Source: a virus. From it: a stretch of DNA of 64,000 nt. How positions within the stretch are numbered: the stretch's first letter is position 1; every line of letters begins with the position of its first letter. The position numbers and the translations under genes are program-made. A model generated the notes under the pieces. That model made no database searches. It was not told the origin of the DNA and saw nothing but the letters and a program-made list of their open reading frames with translations. This document shows, one piece after another, positions 39,355 to 49,503 of the stretch. The stretch covers positions 86,129-150,128 of IMG/VR virus record IMGVR_UViG_3300013101_002049, one strand, 5' to 3'.

Positions 39355-41174
39355 GTTATGATAATGGATTGCCGGACCTTCCGCCACCAAATTATCAATA
39401 CATTACAAATACTGAAGAAGCTTTAAAAGTATTACCTGAAATTGAAAGGTACGATTTGATTGAAGTGGATACAGAGACAACTGCTTTGGATCCATTTATG
39501 GCGAAAATAGTACTAATTCAAATAGGCGTGCTTGGTAAATCTTACGTGTTTGATGTTCGTGATGGTAATGTTCGTGCGGAAGTTTTGAAATCGTTATTAG
39601 AAGGCGATGGTTCTTTAAAACTTTTACAAAATGCTGCTTATGATTTTGAGGTACTAAAAACTAATTTTGATATCGAGTTAAATCGTATTTATGATACAAT
39701 GTTAGTTGAACAGTTGTTGTATTTAGGATTACATCAGAAAGCAAGTTTGGACCATTTAGTTGGTAAATATTTACATATGAAGATGCCTAAAGATATTGCA
39801 ACTTCGTTTGTTAATTATCATCAAAAATATCAAGAATACCAACTTAGATACGCGGCGAATGATGTTTCAGTTTTGCGTGACATTTATAACATGCAGATGC
39901 CTAAGTTACGTCAAGATGGTTTGATGCGAGTTGCTAAATTAGAATTTGATTTTATTAAACCATTAGCAGAAATGGAATTAAATGGAATGTTGTTAGATGT
40001 TCCTCAATGGCGTAATATTCTTAATGATATGGTTGTTGAAAGAGATAGATTACGTATTCAGTTAGGAAGTGTATTTGAAGATACTATTGATCAGACTACG
40101 TTATTTGGTGTATCATTGATGAATTTAGATAGTCCTGCACAGGTTATTAAAGGGCTACAAAAAGTAGGTGTTTATGTTGATAGTACGGATGTTAAGGAGT
40201 TAAATAAACATAAGAAAAATCCAGTTGTAAAATTGTTATTGGAATATCGTAAATATGAAAAGTTCATCACTACATATGGTGAGCCGATGATTGATCGTAT
40301 TCATCCAAAGACTGGTAGATTACATACCAAATTTAAGCAGATGGTTGACACTGGTAGAATGAGTTCTTCAAATCCTAATTTACAAAATATTCCAAAAGAG
40401 CAGAAATATAGGTCTTGTTTTATCGCTCGACCAGGGTATAAGATTATTACGTGTGATATGAGCGCCGCGGAACTTCGTATCATTGCTAATTTGTCACGTG
40501 ATCCATTATGGGTTAAGATATTTAACGAAGGTGGTGATTTACATACTGTTTCTGCTGCTGGTATTTATGGAATATCTGAAGATGAAGTAATGGCTGATAA
40601 AAAACTGGATGATGAAGATCCAAATAAAAAGAATTATAGATCTAATTCCAAACCTATTTCTTTTGGTTTGGCTTATGGACTTTCAGAACATGGATTGTCT
40701 TTACGTCTTGGTATTTCTAAAGATGAAGCTAAAAAGATGATTTTGAATTATTTTAAAAAATATCCTTTAGTTCATAAATTTTTGGAAGAATCTGGTCGTA
40801 ATGCTGTGTTGAATAGATTTTCTGCATCTATTAGTGGGCGCAGACGGTATTATACTTTACCTGACCCCACTGATCCAGATTTTAAGAAAATTCGTGGTGC
40901 TATTGAAAGGCAAGGTAAAAATATGCCAATTCAAGCGGCAAATGCTGATACAATAAAACAAGCCATGATTCATGTTACTGAAAGAATTAAACCGTATGAT
41001 GCTCGTTTGTTATTAACGGTGCATGATGAAGTTATAGTTGAAGCTCGAGAGGATCAAGTAGAAGAAGTTAAACCTATTGTAGAACAATCTGTTAAAGACG
41101 GGTTTGATGATTTTTTCGAGTTAGTTAAAATGAAAGCTGGCGCTGATGTAGCTAATCATTGGGTGAAAGGGTAG
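39345..41174 (+). CDS. polA: family A DNA polymerase (3'-5' exonuclease + polymerase, no 5' nuclease)
   Basis: VDTET, YDTM, YAAND; TGRMSSSNPNLQNIP, DMSAAELR, KPISFGLAYG, VHDE. Confidence 0.92.
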   Translation: MDISYDNGLPDLPPPNYQYITNTEEALKVLPEIERYDLIEVDTETTALDPFMAKIVLIQIGVLGKSYVFDVRDGNVRAEVLKSLLEGDGSLKLLQNAAYDFEVLKTNFDIELNRIYDTMLVEQLLYLGLHQKASLDHLVGKYLHMKMPKDIATSFVNYHQKYQEYQLRYAANDVSVLRDIYNMQMPKLRQDGLMRVAKLEFDFIKPLAEMELNGMLLDVPQWRNILNDMVVERDRLRIQLGSVFEDTIDQTTLFGVSLMNLDSPAQVIKGLQKVGVYVDSTDVKELNKHKKNPVVKLLLEYRKYEKFITTYGEPMIDRIHPKTGRLHTKFKQMVDTGRMSSSNPNLQNIPKEQKYRSCFIARPGYKIITCDMSAAELRIIANLSRDPLWVKIFNEGGDLHTVSAAGIYGISEDEVMADKKLDDEDPNKKNYRSNSKPISFGLAYGLSEHGLSLRLGISKDEAKKMILNYFKKYPLVHKFLEESGRNAVLNRFSASISGRRRYYTLPDPTDPDFKKIRGAIERQGKNMPIQAANADTIKQAMIHVTERIKPYDARLLLTVHDEVIVEAREDQVEEVKPIVEQSVKDGFDDFFELVKMKAGADVANHWVKG

Positions 41175-41177
41175 AAT

Positions 41178-41606
41178 ATGGAAATTAAAATTCACAGGTT
41201 AGATGATAATGCAATTGTGCCTACATATGGTTCTGATGGTGCAGCATGTTTAGATCTTTATTCAGTAGATGTAGTTATTATAAGACCAGGTGATGTTCGT
41301 TATATACGAAGCGGATGGTCGTTTAGTATACCTGAAGGATATGAAGTTCAGATTTATCCTCGGAGTGGTATAGCTTGTAAAAAGCAGTTGATTGTTTTAA
41401 ATTCTCCTTGTATTATTGATAGTGATTATCGTGGAGAAGTTTATACATATATGAAAAATATCAGTAATGAATCTTTTATGTTTCGTCAGGGAGATAGATA
41501 CGCCCAAATGGCTATTAAACGAAGCATTCCCGTAGAGTTTGATGTTGTTGATGAATTAGATGAAACAGAACGCGGTGAAGGCGGATTCGGATCGACTGGT
41601 ACTTAA
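41178..41606 (+). CDS. dut: dUTPase (trimeric)
   Basis: AACLDL, PRSG, IDSDYRGE, RGEGGFGSTG. Confidence 0.93.
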   Translation: MEIKIHRLDDNAIVPTYGSDGAACLDLYSVDVVIIRPGDVRYIRSGWSFSIPEGYEVQIYPRSGIACKKQLIVLNSPCIIDSDYRGEVYTYMKNISNESFMFRQGDRYAQMAIKRSIPVEFDVVDELDETERGEGGFGSTGT

Positions 41607-41619
41607 TAGGGGGAAAGAT

Positions 41620-44600
41620 ATGGGTAAGTTATCTGAAAACGGAAAAAAAGTGGCAGAAGATAGATATTTTATGGATGATGAAGATTGGGATGGTTGTGCT
41701 AGTCGTGTTGGTACAGTTGTAGCTGGCGCCGAAAATTCTAATTCATTGAAATATTCTGACAAATTTAGTGAAATGATTTATAATATGGATTTTTTACCCG
41801 GTGGAAGAATATTACGTAATGCTGGTCGTCCGAGGGGATCTATGTTTAATTGTTATCACTTACCGATAGGAGATTCACGTGAAGAAATTGGCCAGTTTTA
41901 CAAGGATTCATTAATTTTATGGGGTGAAGGTGGTGGGATAGGTGTTAATGCGTCTTCTTTACGCCCTAAAGGAGCGGATATCAAAGGTGTTGGCGGTAAA
42001 TCATCGGGGCCTGTTAGTTTTTTAAGAGCGTCAGATTCTATTGCGGAAACTGTTGAAAGTGGAGGTTCTCGTAGAGCTGCTGCTCTAGCATTGATGCATG
42101 TTGCTCATCCTGATATTATGCGGTTTATTGATGCTAAGTTAAAACATGGAGAATTATCACATTACAATATTTCTGTAGCTGTTTCAGAGGATTTTTTAGC
42201 AGCCGTTGAAGCAGATATAGATTGGGAATTCAAATTTTATCAAAAAGCATACGGAAAAATAAGAGCTAGATATATATGGGATAAAATAATAGAAAATATG
42301 ATTAAATGCGCAGAGCCTGGTTTATTAAATTGGGATAATTTAACTAAAAATAATTCGTATTATTACGATCCGGTTATGGGCTGTAACCCCTGTCTTACTG
42401 GTAGTACTAAAATATATGTCGCTGATGGGCGTAGGTATGTATCAATAAAAGAATTGGCTGATGAAGGTAAAGATGTGCCTGTTTTTTGCTATAATAAAAA
42501 AACGCAGAAACCGGAAGTTAAAATGATGCGTAGACCACGTATAACTGGTTATAATAAGAAAATTTTGAAAGTAACTTTAGATGATGGTTCATCTATACGT
42601 TGTACAGAAAATCATGAATTTTATATGAAGGATGGTAGTATTAAACGGGCTGATGAATTGAAGTCAGGAGATAGATTGCATCATTTAGTTTCGTATAATG
42701 CGTCATTAGAAGAGATTTTTAAAGGTTCTAATTCTAGGTCTTCTGATTATGTTTGGTTAAATACAGGTTTTGCCAATACATTAAGTGAGCATAGGTTAGT
42801 TGCTGAATTTAAATTAGGCAGAAAATTAAGAGTTGGTGAGGTAGTTCATCATAAAGATAGAAATAGTTTAAATAATTGTTGTACCAATTTAATGGTGATG
42901 ACTAAGAAGGAGCATGATAAATTACATACTGCTGATATGATGGGTGAAAAAAATCCTATGAATAGATTTCCTGAGAAGAACTGGTTGATAAAACAAGATC
43001 ACTCTGGTAGTAATAATGGTAGGTTCAAAGGATATACTCCTGATCAAGTGTTTGATTTGGCAGTAGAATATTCTCTTAAGTTAGGTAGGCGTATTACTCA
43101 GAAAGAATGGTTTAAATATTGTAGAAAAAACGATATTTCAAATAGTCGTTATTCATTAGGTAAATACACATCACCTAGTAAGTTATTGAAAGCTGCAGCA
43201 GAGAAAGCTGACGTAGTAGTTTATAATTATTCAGCTAATATTAGATCATATAGACGTTACCTTAAATTGTTAAAAGAAACTGATTTAAATATATTTTTTG
43301 AAAATGGTCGTATTTATGTAAATAAAAAATGTGAATGGTGTGGTAAATCATTTATAGTAAATTGGGATAATAGGGAGCGAGCTTTTTGTTCTAGAAAATG
43401 TTCTAGTGATTATGGTTGGAATAATGAAGTAAGTAGATCTAAATTTTATTCTCATTATGAAAATAAACAACAGGAAACAAGAAATGCTCAAATCAATATT
43501 TATAATGAATTAAAGAAAACATTTGGAAGAGATCCGTTGAAAAAAGAATGGATGAGTGCTTGTAAGAAAAACAATGTACCTTCTAGGATACGAAGTGCTA
43601 ATGAGTCTGGATTTAATGAGTATTGTTTTACATCATATAAGGAATTAAAAGAAGCGGCTGAATTAAATTTTGTAGTAGTTTCTGTTGAAGAAGATGGGTA
43701 TGAAAATGTGTATAATGGTACAGTAGATGAGCATCATAATTTTTATATTATGGTAAGTGAAGCCGAAACTAAATCCAAAAAACCTAAATATAACAATGTG
43801 TTATGCGCCCAGTGTGGCGAGGCAATTTTAGCACCTTACGATGTTTGTGATTTAGGTTCATTAGTGCTTCCAAATTTTATTACTGGTACAATTAACACTA
43901 ATTGGAAGAAACTAGAAGAAGTGATTAAACTATCGGTTAGATTTTTGGATGACGTAATAGATGTAAATAAATATGTATTAAAAGAAATTGATATTAAAGC
44001 GCATAATTCTCGTCGTATTGGATTAGGAGTTATGGGATTAGCTGAATATCTTTTCGCTAAGAAATTAATATACGGTTCTACCAAAGCGGTTGTTGAGATA
44101 GAACGACTTATGAGGTTTATTCGAGATGTAGTTTATGAAACTTTAATTGAATTGTCTGATGAAAAAGGTGCTTTTCCTAAATTTGAACCAGTTGCTTATG
44201 GTAAATCATCTTTTATACGTAAATTACCTGCGTCATTGCGTATGAAAGTTAAAGAGCATGGTGTTCGTTGTGTTACTGGATTAGCTATTGCACCTACAGG
44301 AACTATTAGTTTGTTAGCTGATGTTACATCTGGGGTAGAACCGCTATTTAGAAAGGCATATATGAGGCACGACCGCGTAGGTGATCGGATGTATATTCAT
44401 CCAATTTATAAACAGTTTCTTGAAGATAAAAATAAAATTGAAAGTTGGTATGTTGATACAGATGATTTGAAACCCGAAGACCATTTTGAAATTCAATCAG
44501 TGGTGCAACGATATGTTGATGGTGCAGTTTCAAAAACTATTAATATGCCTGCTGGAACTACTTCGGAAGAATTGAGTAAATTGTCATTAGAATATGTAAG

Positions 44601-44763
44601 AGATTTAAAAGGTGTGACAGTTTATGTTGATGGTAGTAGAGAAGGTCAGATTTTAAACAAGGTAACTGAAAAAGAAGTTAAAAGTTATTTAAAAGGAAAT
44701 AAAGAAATTACTTCAGCAGGAGAAGAATCAGTGATGTGCGCGTCTGGTTCCTGTGAGATTTAG
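41620..44763 (+). CDS. nrdJ: ribonucleotide reductase, class II-like (NrdJ), containing an intein
   Basis: FLPGGRIL, NCY, GGGIG, NP|CGE, CDLGS, RIGLGVMG, IAPTGTIS, SKTIN; start at ATG 41620; no small-subunit gene in the window. Confidence 0.85.
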   Translation: MGKLSENGKKVAEDRYFMDDEDWDGCASRVGTVVAGAENSNSLKYSDKFSEMIYNMDFLPGGRILRNAGRPRGSMFNCYHLPIGDSREEIGQFYKDSLILWGEGGGIGVNASSLRPKGADIKGVGGKSSGPVSFLRASDSIAETVESGGSRRAAALALMHVAHPDIMRFIDAKLKHGELSHYNISVAVSEDFLAAVEADIDWEFKFYQKAYGKIRARYIWDKIIENMIKCAEPGLLNWDNLTKNNSYYYDPVMGCNPCLTGSTKIYVADGRRYVSIKELADEGKDVPVFCYNKKTQKPEVKMMRRPRITGYNKKILKVTLDDGSSIRCTENHEFYMKDGSIKRADELKSGDRLHHLVSYNASLEEIFKGSNSRSSDYVWLNTGFANTLSEHRLVAEFKLGRKLRVGEVVHHKDRNSLNNCCTNLMVMTKKEHDKLHTADMMGEKNPMNRFPEKNWLIKQDHSGSNNGRFKGYTPDQVFDLAVEYSLKLGRRITQKEWFKYCRKNDISNSRYSLGKYTSPSKLLKAAAEKADVVVYNYSANIRSYRRYLKLLKETDLNIFFENGRIYVNKKCEWCGKSFIVNWDNRERAFCSRKCSSDYGWNNEVSRSKFYSHYENKQQETRNAQINIYNELKKTFGRDPLKKEWMSACKKNNVPSRIRSANESGFNEYCFTSYKELKEAAELNFVVVSVEEDGYENVYNGTVDEHHNFYIMVSEAETKSKKPKYNNVLCAQCGEAILAPYDVCDLGSLVLPNFITGTINTNWKKLEEVIKLSVRFLDDVIDVNKYVLKEIDIKAHNSRRIGLGVMGLAEYLFAKKLIYGSTKAVVEIERLMRFIRDVVYETLIELSDEKGAFPKFEPVAYGKSSFIRKLPASLRMKVKEHGVRCVTGLAIAPTGTISLLADVTSGVEPLFRKAYMRHDRVGDRMYIHPIYKQFLEDKNKIESWYVDTDDLKPEDHFEIQSVVQRYVDGAVSKTINMPAGTTSEELSKLSLEYVRDLKGVTVYVDGSREGQILNKVTEKEVKSYLKGNKEITSAGEESVMCASGSCEI
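42391..43812 (+). mobile_element. intein with HNH endonuclease and C-terminal Gln (474 aa)
   Basis: Starts CLTGST, block B CTENH, HNH EHRLVAE...VHHKDRNSLNN, ends VLCAQ followed by the catalytic Cys. Confidence 0.9.
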
Positions 44764-44772
44764 GAGTTTTTT

Positions 44773-45141
44773 ATGGAAAAAGTTCTATGTGCGTTTTGTA
44801 AATTTGAAATTGATGGTAGATGTGTTAAGAAAAAAAGTAAGGTCAATTTAAAAAAGAAACGGTTGTGTAAATTTTATCAAGACGATGACGATAAAATACA
44901 GGCTATCGCTGAGCGGAAGTTAAATGCTAAAAAACCAACTGTTTATTTTCGACCTGATTGGTATTGGGATCGAAAAAATTTTATTAAAAAGATGAAAAAG
45001 GAAGAGGAAGATCGGGCTGTGCGATCTCCATCAATTTTTACTGGAGATCTTGAGCACCCAATCACTGGTGATTTAAGTAGATTTTTTAAATCTACTGTAG
45101 GAGAGGAGTCAAATGATGGAAGTGACGCTGGAAATAACTAA
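44773..45141 (+). CDS. hypothetical basic protein with CxxC
   Basis: ORF with AGGAG SD. Confidence 0.5.
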   Translation: MEKVLCAFCKFEIDGRCVKKKSKVNLKKKRLCKFYQDDDDKIQAIAERKLNAKKPTVYFRPDWYWDRKNFIKKMKKEEEDRAVRSPSIFTGDLEHPITGDLSRFFKSTVGEESNDGSDAGNN

Positions 45142-45646
45142 TCATTGTCCTAATACCTGTAGATATTGTTCAACCAATGCAAGTCCGCAGGGAGGTTTAT
45201 ATTTAACGGTTGAAGAAATAAATTTGTTTCTTCGTAGACTTGATTTTGACAGTAAAATTGGACGGATAAATATTTCGGGGGGAGAGCCTTTGTCCCACCC
45301 GGATTTTTATCAAATATTATGTTTGTGTAAAAGATATAGTTCAGAAGTGTGGGTTTATACTAATGCTTTGACCAATATTATTTATAACAGTGATATTGTA
45401 AAAGAGATAGAAGTTGAAGCTAATGTTTGTATTGTTCCTGGTAAATCGATGTATATACCTGAGAAGGCGGATAGAGTGCATCTTTTACAGTTAGTGAATC
45501 AAGGACGTGCAAAGGATATGAAACCTGCAAATTTACATGCTTCTGGTAATATATCTAAAAGTGAGCATAATTGTAAAACATGTGATCATATCTTATTACA
45601 AGCAAATAAAAAAGTGGTAAAAGCTCCTTGTAAGAAAGAGTATTAA
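45113..45646 (+). CDS. short radical SAM protein
   Basis: CPNTCRYC, ISGGEP, YTN. Confidence 0.75.
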   Translation: MMEVTLEITNHCPNTCRYCSTNASPQGGLYLTVEEINLFLRRLDFDSKIGRINISGGEPLSHPDFYQILCLCKRYSSEVWVYTNALTNIIYNSDIVKEIEVEANVCIVPGKSMYIPEKADRVHLLQLVNQGRAKDMKPANLHASGNISKSEHNCKTCDHILLQANKKVVKAPCKKEY

Positions 45647-46272
45647 TGAGACATCCAGCTAAATATTCAGATGTACTATTGCCAGTGTTCAATGAATACT
45701 TGAAAAATGCAAATCTTGTATTAGACCCATTTGCAGGAACTGGCAAATTAAGACAAATAATTCCCAATGCTGTGTTGTTGGAGATAGAATTTGAATGGGC
45801 TTCTATGTGTGATGCTGTTGTTGCCGATTCCCAGTTTATGCCATTTGGTGATAATATATTCGAGGCTATATGTACGTCGCCGACATATGGTAATAGAATG
45901 GCTGATCATTTTGTAGACCATCAGAAAGACAAAAAGTATGTTAGAAATACATATAGACATTGTTTGGGAAAAGAGTTAAACACTAATAATTCTGGAAGAA
46001 TGCAATGGGGTAAAAAATATAGAGATTTACATATAAACGTTTGGAAAGAATGTAAACGAGTGTTAAAAGATGATGGGTTATTTATATTAAATATAAGTGA
46101 CCATATAAGAAAAGGTAAAATAATATCAGTATCAGATTGGCATCTTGGTATATTGAGTGAGATTGGATTTTCAATTGAGAAAAAAATTGAAATCAAGACG
46201 CCGAGGCAGAGAATGGGCAGTAATTCTCATCTAAGAGTAAACTGTGAATATGTATTTATTTTAAGGAATTAA
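45646..46272 (+). CDS. DNA amino-methyltransferase (motif I before motif IV)
   Basis: HPAKY, DPFAGTG, TSPTY, RVLKDDG. Confidence 0.7.
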   Translation: MRHPAKYSDVLLPVFNEYLKNANLVLDPFAGTGKLRQIIPNAVLLEIEFEWASMCDAVVADSQFMPFGDNIFEAICTSPTYGNRMADHFVDHQKDKKYVRNTYRHCLGKELNTNNSGRMQWGKKYRDLHINVWKECKRVLKDDGLFILNISDHIRKGKIISVSDWHLGILSEIGFSIEKKIEIKTPRQRMGSNSHLRVNCEYVFILRN

Positions 46273-46274
46273 TT

Positions 46275-47981
46275 ATGAAATCTAAACCAACATATGAATT
46301 AGAATTATCTTTGAAAAATCAAGGGTATAGTTATATTATAGGAATTGATGAGGCTGGTCGTGGTTGTGAGAAACCAGACGCTGAAGTTCTTACTAATAAT
46401 GGGTGGAAATATTACACAGAGATAGATGTAGATAGTGATAGTATTTTATCTTATACTGTAGATGGAAATATTGAGTGGCAAAATATAGCTGGAGTGGTAG
46501 AAAAGAATTTTGATGGTAATTTAATAGAGTTGAAAAATAGAAGCGTTCATATGTTAGTAACACCAGATCATTGTTTTGATGTGTTGAAAAGAACTTTTAA
46601 AAGAGATAAATCCAATAATAATAAATTGAAAATGATTGGTTATAAATTTAGAGGTAGAAAATCAGTAAGAAATATTTCAAATAATGATTTTATACCTCGT
46701 GGTGGTAATTGGTGTGGTAATAACATGGATCGTTTTATATTACCATCAGTTGATAAACATATTTATAATAGTACTGAAAGGGATTATAAAGAAAAGAAAA
46801 TTTCTATGAATGTGTGGTCTGCATTTATGGGTATATATTTATCTGAAGGTAGTTGTAGATTCGATGAAGATACATATAATTATAATGTTATTATATCTCA
46901 ATCTAAAACATCCGTACATTATAAAGATATTTATACTTTATTAAATAAATTACCTTTTGACGTTAAAGAATGTGGGGTAGGATTTGTAATTTATGATAAA
47001 CAACTTGCTAGTTATATGCATCAATTTGGTGATGTATATATTAAATATATTCCTAATTATATTAAAGAATTAAATTCTGATTTATTGAATATATTTATAC
47101 AATGGGCTATTAAAGGAGATGGTTCTTGCTATATTGGTAAAAATAGACAGGAAGTTTGCACATATTATACTGTGTCTGAAAGATTACGTGATGATTTTGA
47201 AGAAATTTTACTAAAAGCTGGTTGGACATATAAAACTTCAATACGAGAACCTAAAAATAGGATCATTAAAAATAGATTAATTTCTAAAGAAAATCAAAAA
47301 GATTGTTTTGAAATTAGATTACGTAGAAATAATAAAATATCTTGTAAATATTTACATAAAAAGTTAATACCATACAAAGGTAAAGTGTTTTGTTTATCGT
47401 TACCAAACTACCATAATTTTTATGTACGAAGATCTGGATCAGGTTATTTTACTGGTAATAGTTTAGCTGGCCCTGTAGTTGCAGCATCAGTAATGATTCC
47501 AGATGGTTTTGATACATCTGGTATAAATGATTCTAAAAAATTATCTAGCAAAAAGCGAGAATTATTCTATAATAGAATTATAACAGAGTGTCCGTATTAC
47601 GTAAGCGCTGTGGATGAAAATATGATAGATGCTATAAATATAAGAGAAGCCACAAAATTAGCAATGAGGAATGTAATTAGAGGAATGAATAAATCAGATT
47701 TCGCTTTAGTAGATGGGAATTTTATTCCAGATTTAATCCAAATCCCCGCACGAGCCGTCGTGAATGGGGATTCTTTGTCTGTATCTATTGCAGCAGCCTC
47801 TATTATTGCAAAAGTTCAAAGAGATGCACATATGGAAGCCATGCATCAAATATACCCTATTTATGGATTTAATAGACACAAAGGTTATGGTACTAAATAC
47901 CATAGAGAATCTATAAAAATTTACGGACCGTGTTCTATTCATAGGAAAACCTTTGGAGGTGTTAAAGAATATGTTAGATAA
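46275..47981 (+). CDS. rnhB: ribonuclease HII containing an intein
   Basis: GIDEAGRG|SLAGPVVAA, NDSKKLS, VDGN, SIAAASIIAK, HKGYGT, IHRKTF. Confidence 0.9.
   Translation: MKSKPTYELELSLKNQGYSYIIGIDEAGRGCEKPDAEVLTNNGWKYYTEIDVDSDSILSYTVDGNIEWQNIAGVVEKNFDGNLIELKNRSVHMLVTPDHCFDVLKRTFKRDKSNNNKLKMIGYKFRGRKSVRNISNNDFIPRGGNWCGNNMDRFILPSVDKHIYNSTERDYKEKKISMNVWSAFMGIYLSEGSCRFDEDTYNYNVIISQSKTSVHYKDIYTLLNKLPFDVKECGVGFVIYDKQLASYMHQFGDVYIKYIPNYIKELNSDLLNIFIQWAIKGDGSCYIGKNRQEVCTYYTVSERLRDDFEEILLKAGWTYKTSIREPKNRIIKNRLISKENQKDCFEIRLRRNNKISCKYLHKKLIPYKGKVFCLSLPNYHNFYVRRSGSGYFTGNSLAGPVVAASVMIPDGFDTSGINDSKKLSSKKRELFYNRIITECPYYVSAVDENMIDAINIREATKLAMRNVIRGMNKSDFALVDGNFIPDLIQIPARAVVNGDSLSVSIAAASIIAKVQRDAHMEAMHQIYPIYGFNRHKGYGTKYHRESIKIYGPCSIHRKTFGGVKEYVR
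46365..47459 (+). mobile_element. intein with LAGLIDADG endonuclease (365 aa)
   Basis: Starts CEKPDA, VTPDH block B, GIYLSEGS and WAIKGDGS, ends YFTGN followed by Ser. Confidence 0.9.
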
Positions 47982-48333
47982 AGGAGATTTAAATAGTCAA
48001 AAATTATATCTAAATGAAAAACTGCATGATGTGATAGTTATTTTTATTGAAGGGCCTGGTGAGTCTCGTCATAGACTACGGGAAGCCTGGAACAAAGGTA
48101 AACTCTTAGCAATAGCTTCTGTAGTATCATCAAGCAAAGAATTTACTGGTATACATGCGGATTATCTAAATAGATATTTGAAACATTTAAGGAAAGATTT
48201 ACTGAAGTATGGTGAAGTTCATGAAACTATTAATAAGGTGCGTAATAAAACAGCTTCACGTATTATGGGTAATTTGTATAACTTTTTGTATATGCTCCAT
48301 GATAGCGTTGGTTTAGAATTAGAGGAAAAATGA
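47971..48333 (+). CDS. hypothetical protein
   Basis: ATG 47971 after GGAGG; coupled to the next gene. Confidence 0.5.
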   Translation: MLDKGDLNSQKLYLNEKLHDVIVIFIEGPGESRHRLREAWNKGKLLAIASVVSSSKEFTGIHADYLNRYLKHLRKDLLKYGEVHETINKVRNKTASRIMGNLYNFLYMLHDSVGLELEEK

Positions 48334-49097
48334 ACTACGAAAAAATATATCATAACTTAATGAACACACGAAAAAATAGAATTTTACATGGTGGAATTCA
48401 TTATGAAAAACATCATATATTACCAAAATGTTTTGGTGGTAAAAGAGTTAAGAGTAATTTAGTGCATTTAACTTATAGAGAGCATTTTATAGCACATAAA
48501 TTGTTGTTTAAACTTAGTGCGGGTAAAAATAAAACTAAAATGGGGTATGCTCTACATAGATTATGTACTATAAATAACGGAACCCAAAAGTACAGAATAA
48601 AATATAGTAGAGAGTTTGAAAAAATAAAAATACAGATATATGAATTTATACAGGGAGAGAATCACCCTACTTATGGTAAAAAAATGCCGAAAGAATTTTG
48701 TGAAAAAATGTCAAAAGTTATGAAAGGGCCTGGAAATCATAGATACGGTAAGCCGCCATGGAATAAGGGACTTACAAAAGAGACAGATGCTAGAGTTAAA
48801 GCATATGGTATAAAAGGATCAAAAACTAACACTGGTAGGAAAGTATCAGAAGCACAAAAGAAACTAATGAGTGAATTAATGAAGGGTAAAAATACATATA
48901 TAAGGTCAAAAGAACATAGAGAAAAAATCTCTAAAACACTTATGGGTAGAAAATTACCGAAAGAAGTATGTATGAAAATGTCAGCATCGCATAAAGGTAT
49001 TCCACAGAAGAAATTGACTTGCCCACATTGTGGTAAAATAGGTGGAACAACTATGTATAGATGGCATTTTGATAAATGTAAATATAAGGAGAATTAA
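48330..49097 (+). mobile_element. free-standing HNH homing endonuclease with NUMOD3-like repeats
   Basis: EKHHILPKCFGG...NLVHLTYREHFIAH; GKK/GRK-x-S-E basic repeats; CPHC tail. Confidence 0.8.
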
Positions 49098-49098
49098 A

Positions 49099-49503
49099 AT
49101 GGGAGAGATCAAGCAGATAATTGTAATGCGAAAGGATCTTCATTGTAGGGCTGGAAAGATAGCGGCACAGGTAGCTCATGCATCTATGAAAGTAATTTTA
49201 GACATGATGTCTAAAGAACGAGTATCTGGTGGAATGCAAAAATGGTCCTTACTGATGCATGAGGAAGATGATATATTTACTTGGCTTGATGGTCAATTCA
49301 CCAAGATAGTTCTATATGTACCTGATCTTGATTACATGATGAATCTCAAGGATAGAGCAGAAATGTTCGGTGTGCCTACAGCGCTCATCATCGACGCTGG
49401 TAAAACTGAATTTCATAATAAACCTACTCCGACAGCGTTAGCGCTTGGGCCTGCTGATTCAGATGTATTAGGAGAATTAACTGGAGATTTAAAACTAATA
49501 TGA
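49099..49503 (+). CDS. pth2: peptidyl-tRNA hydrolase, Pth2 type
   Basis: KQIIVMRKDL, GKIAAQVAHAS, DAGKTE, TALALGP, LKL. Confidence 0.88.
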   Translation: MGEIKQIIVMRKDLHCRAGKIAAQVAHASMKVILDMMSKERVSGGMQKWSLLMHEEDDIFTWLDGQFTKIVLYVPDLDYMMNLKDRAEMFGVPTALIIDAGKTEFHNKPTPTALALGPADSDVLGELTGDLKLI

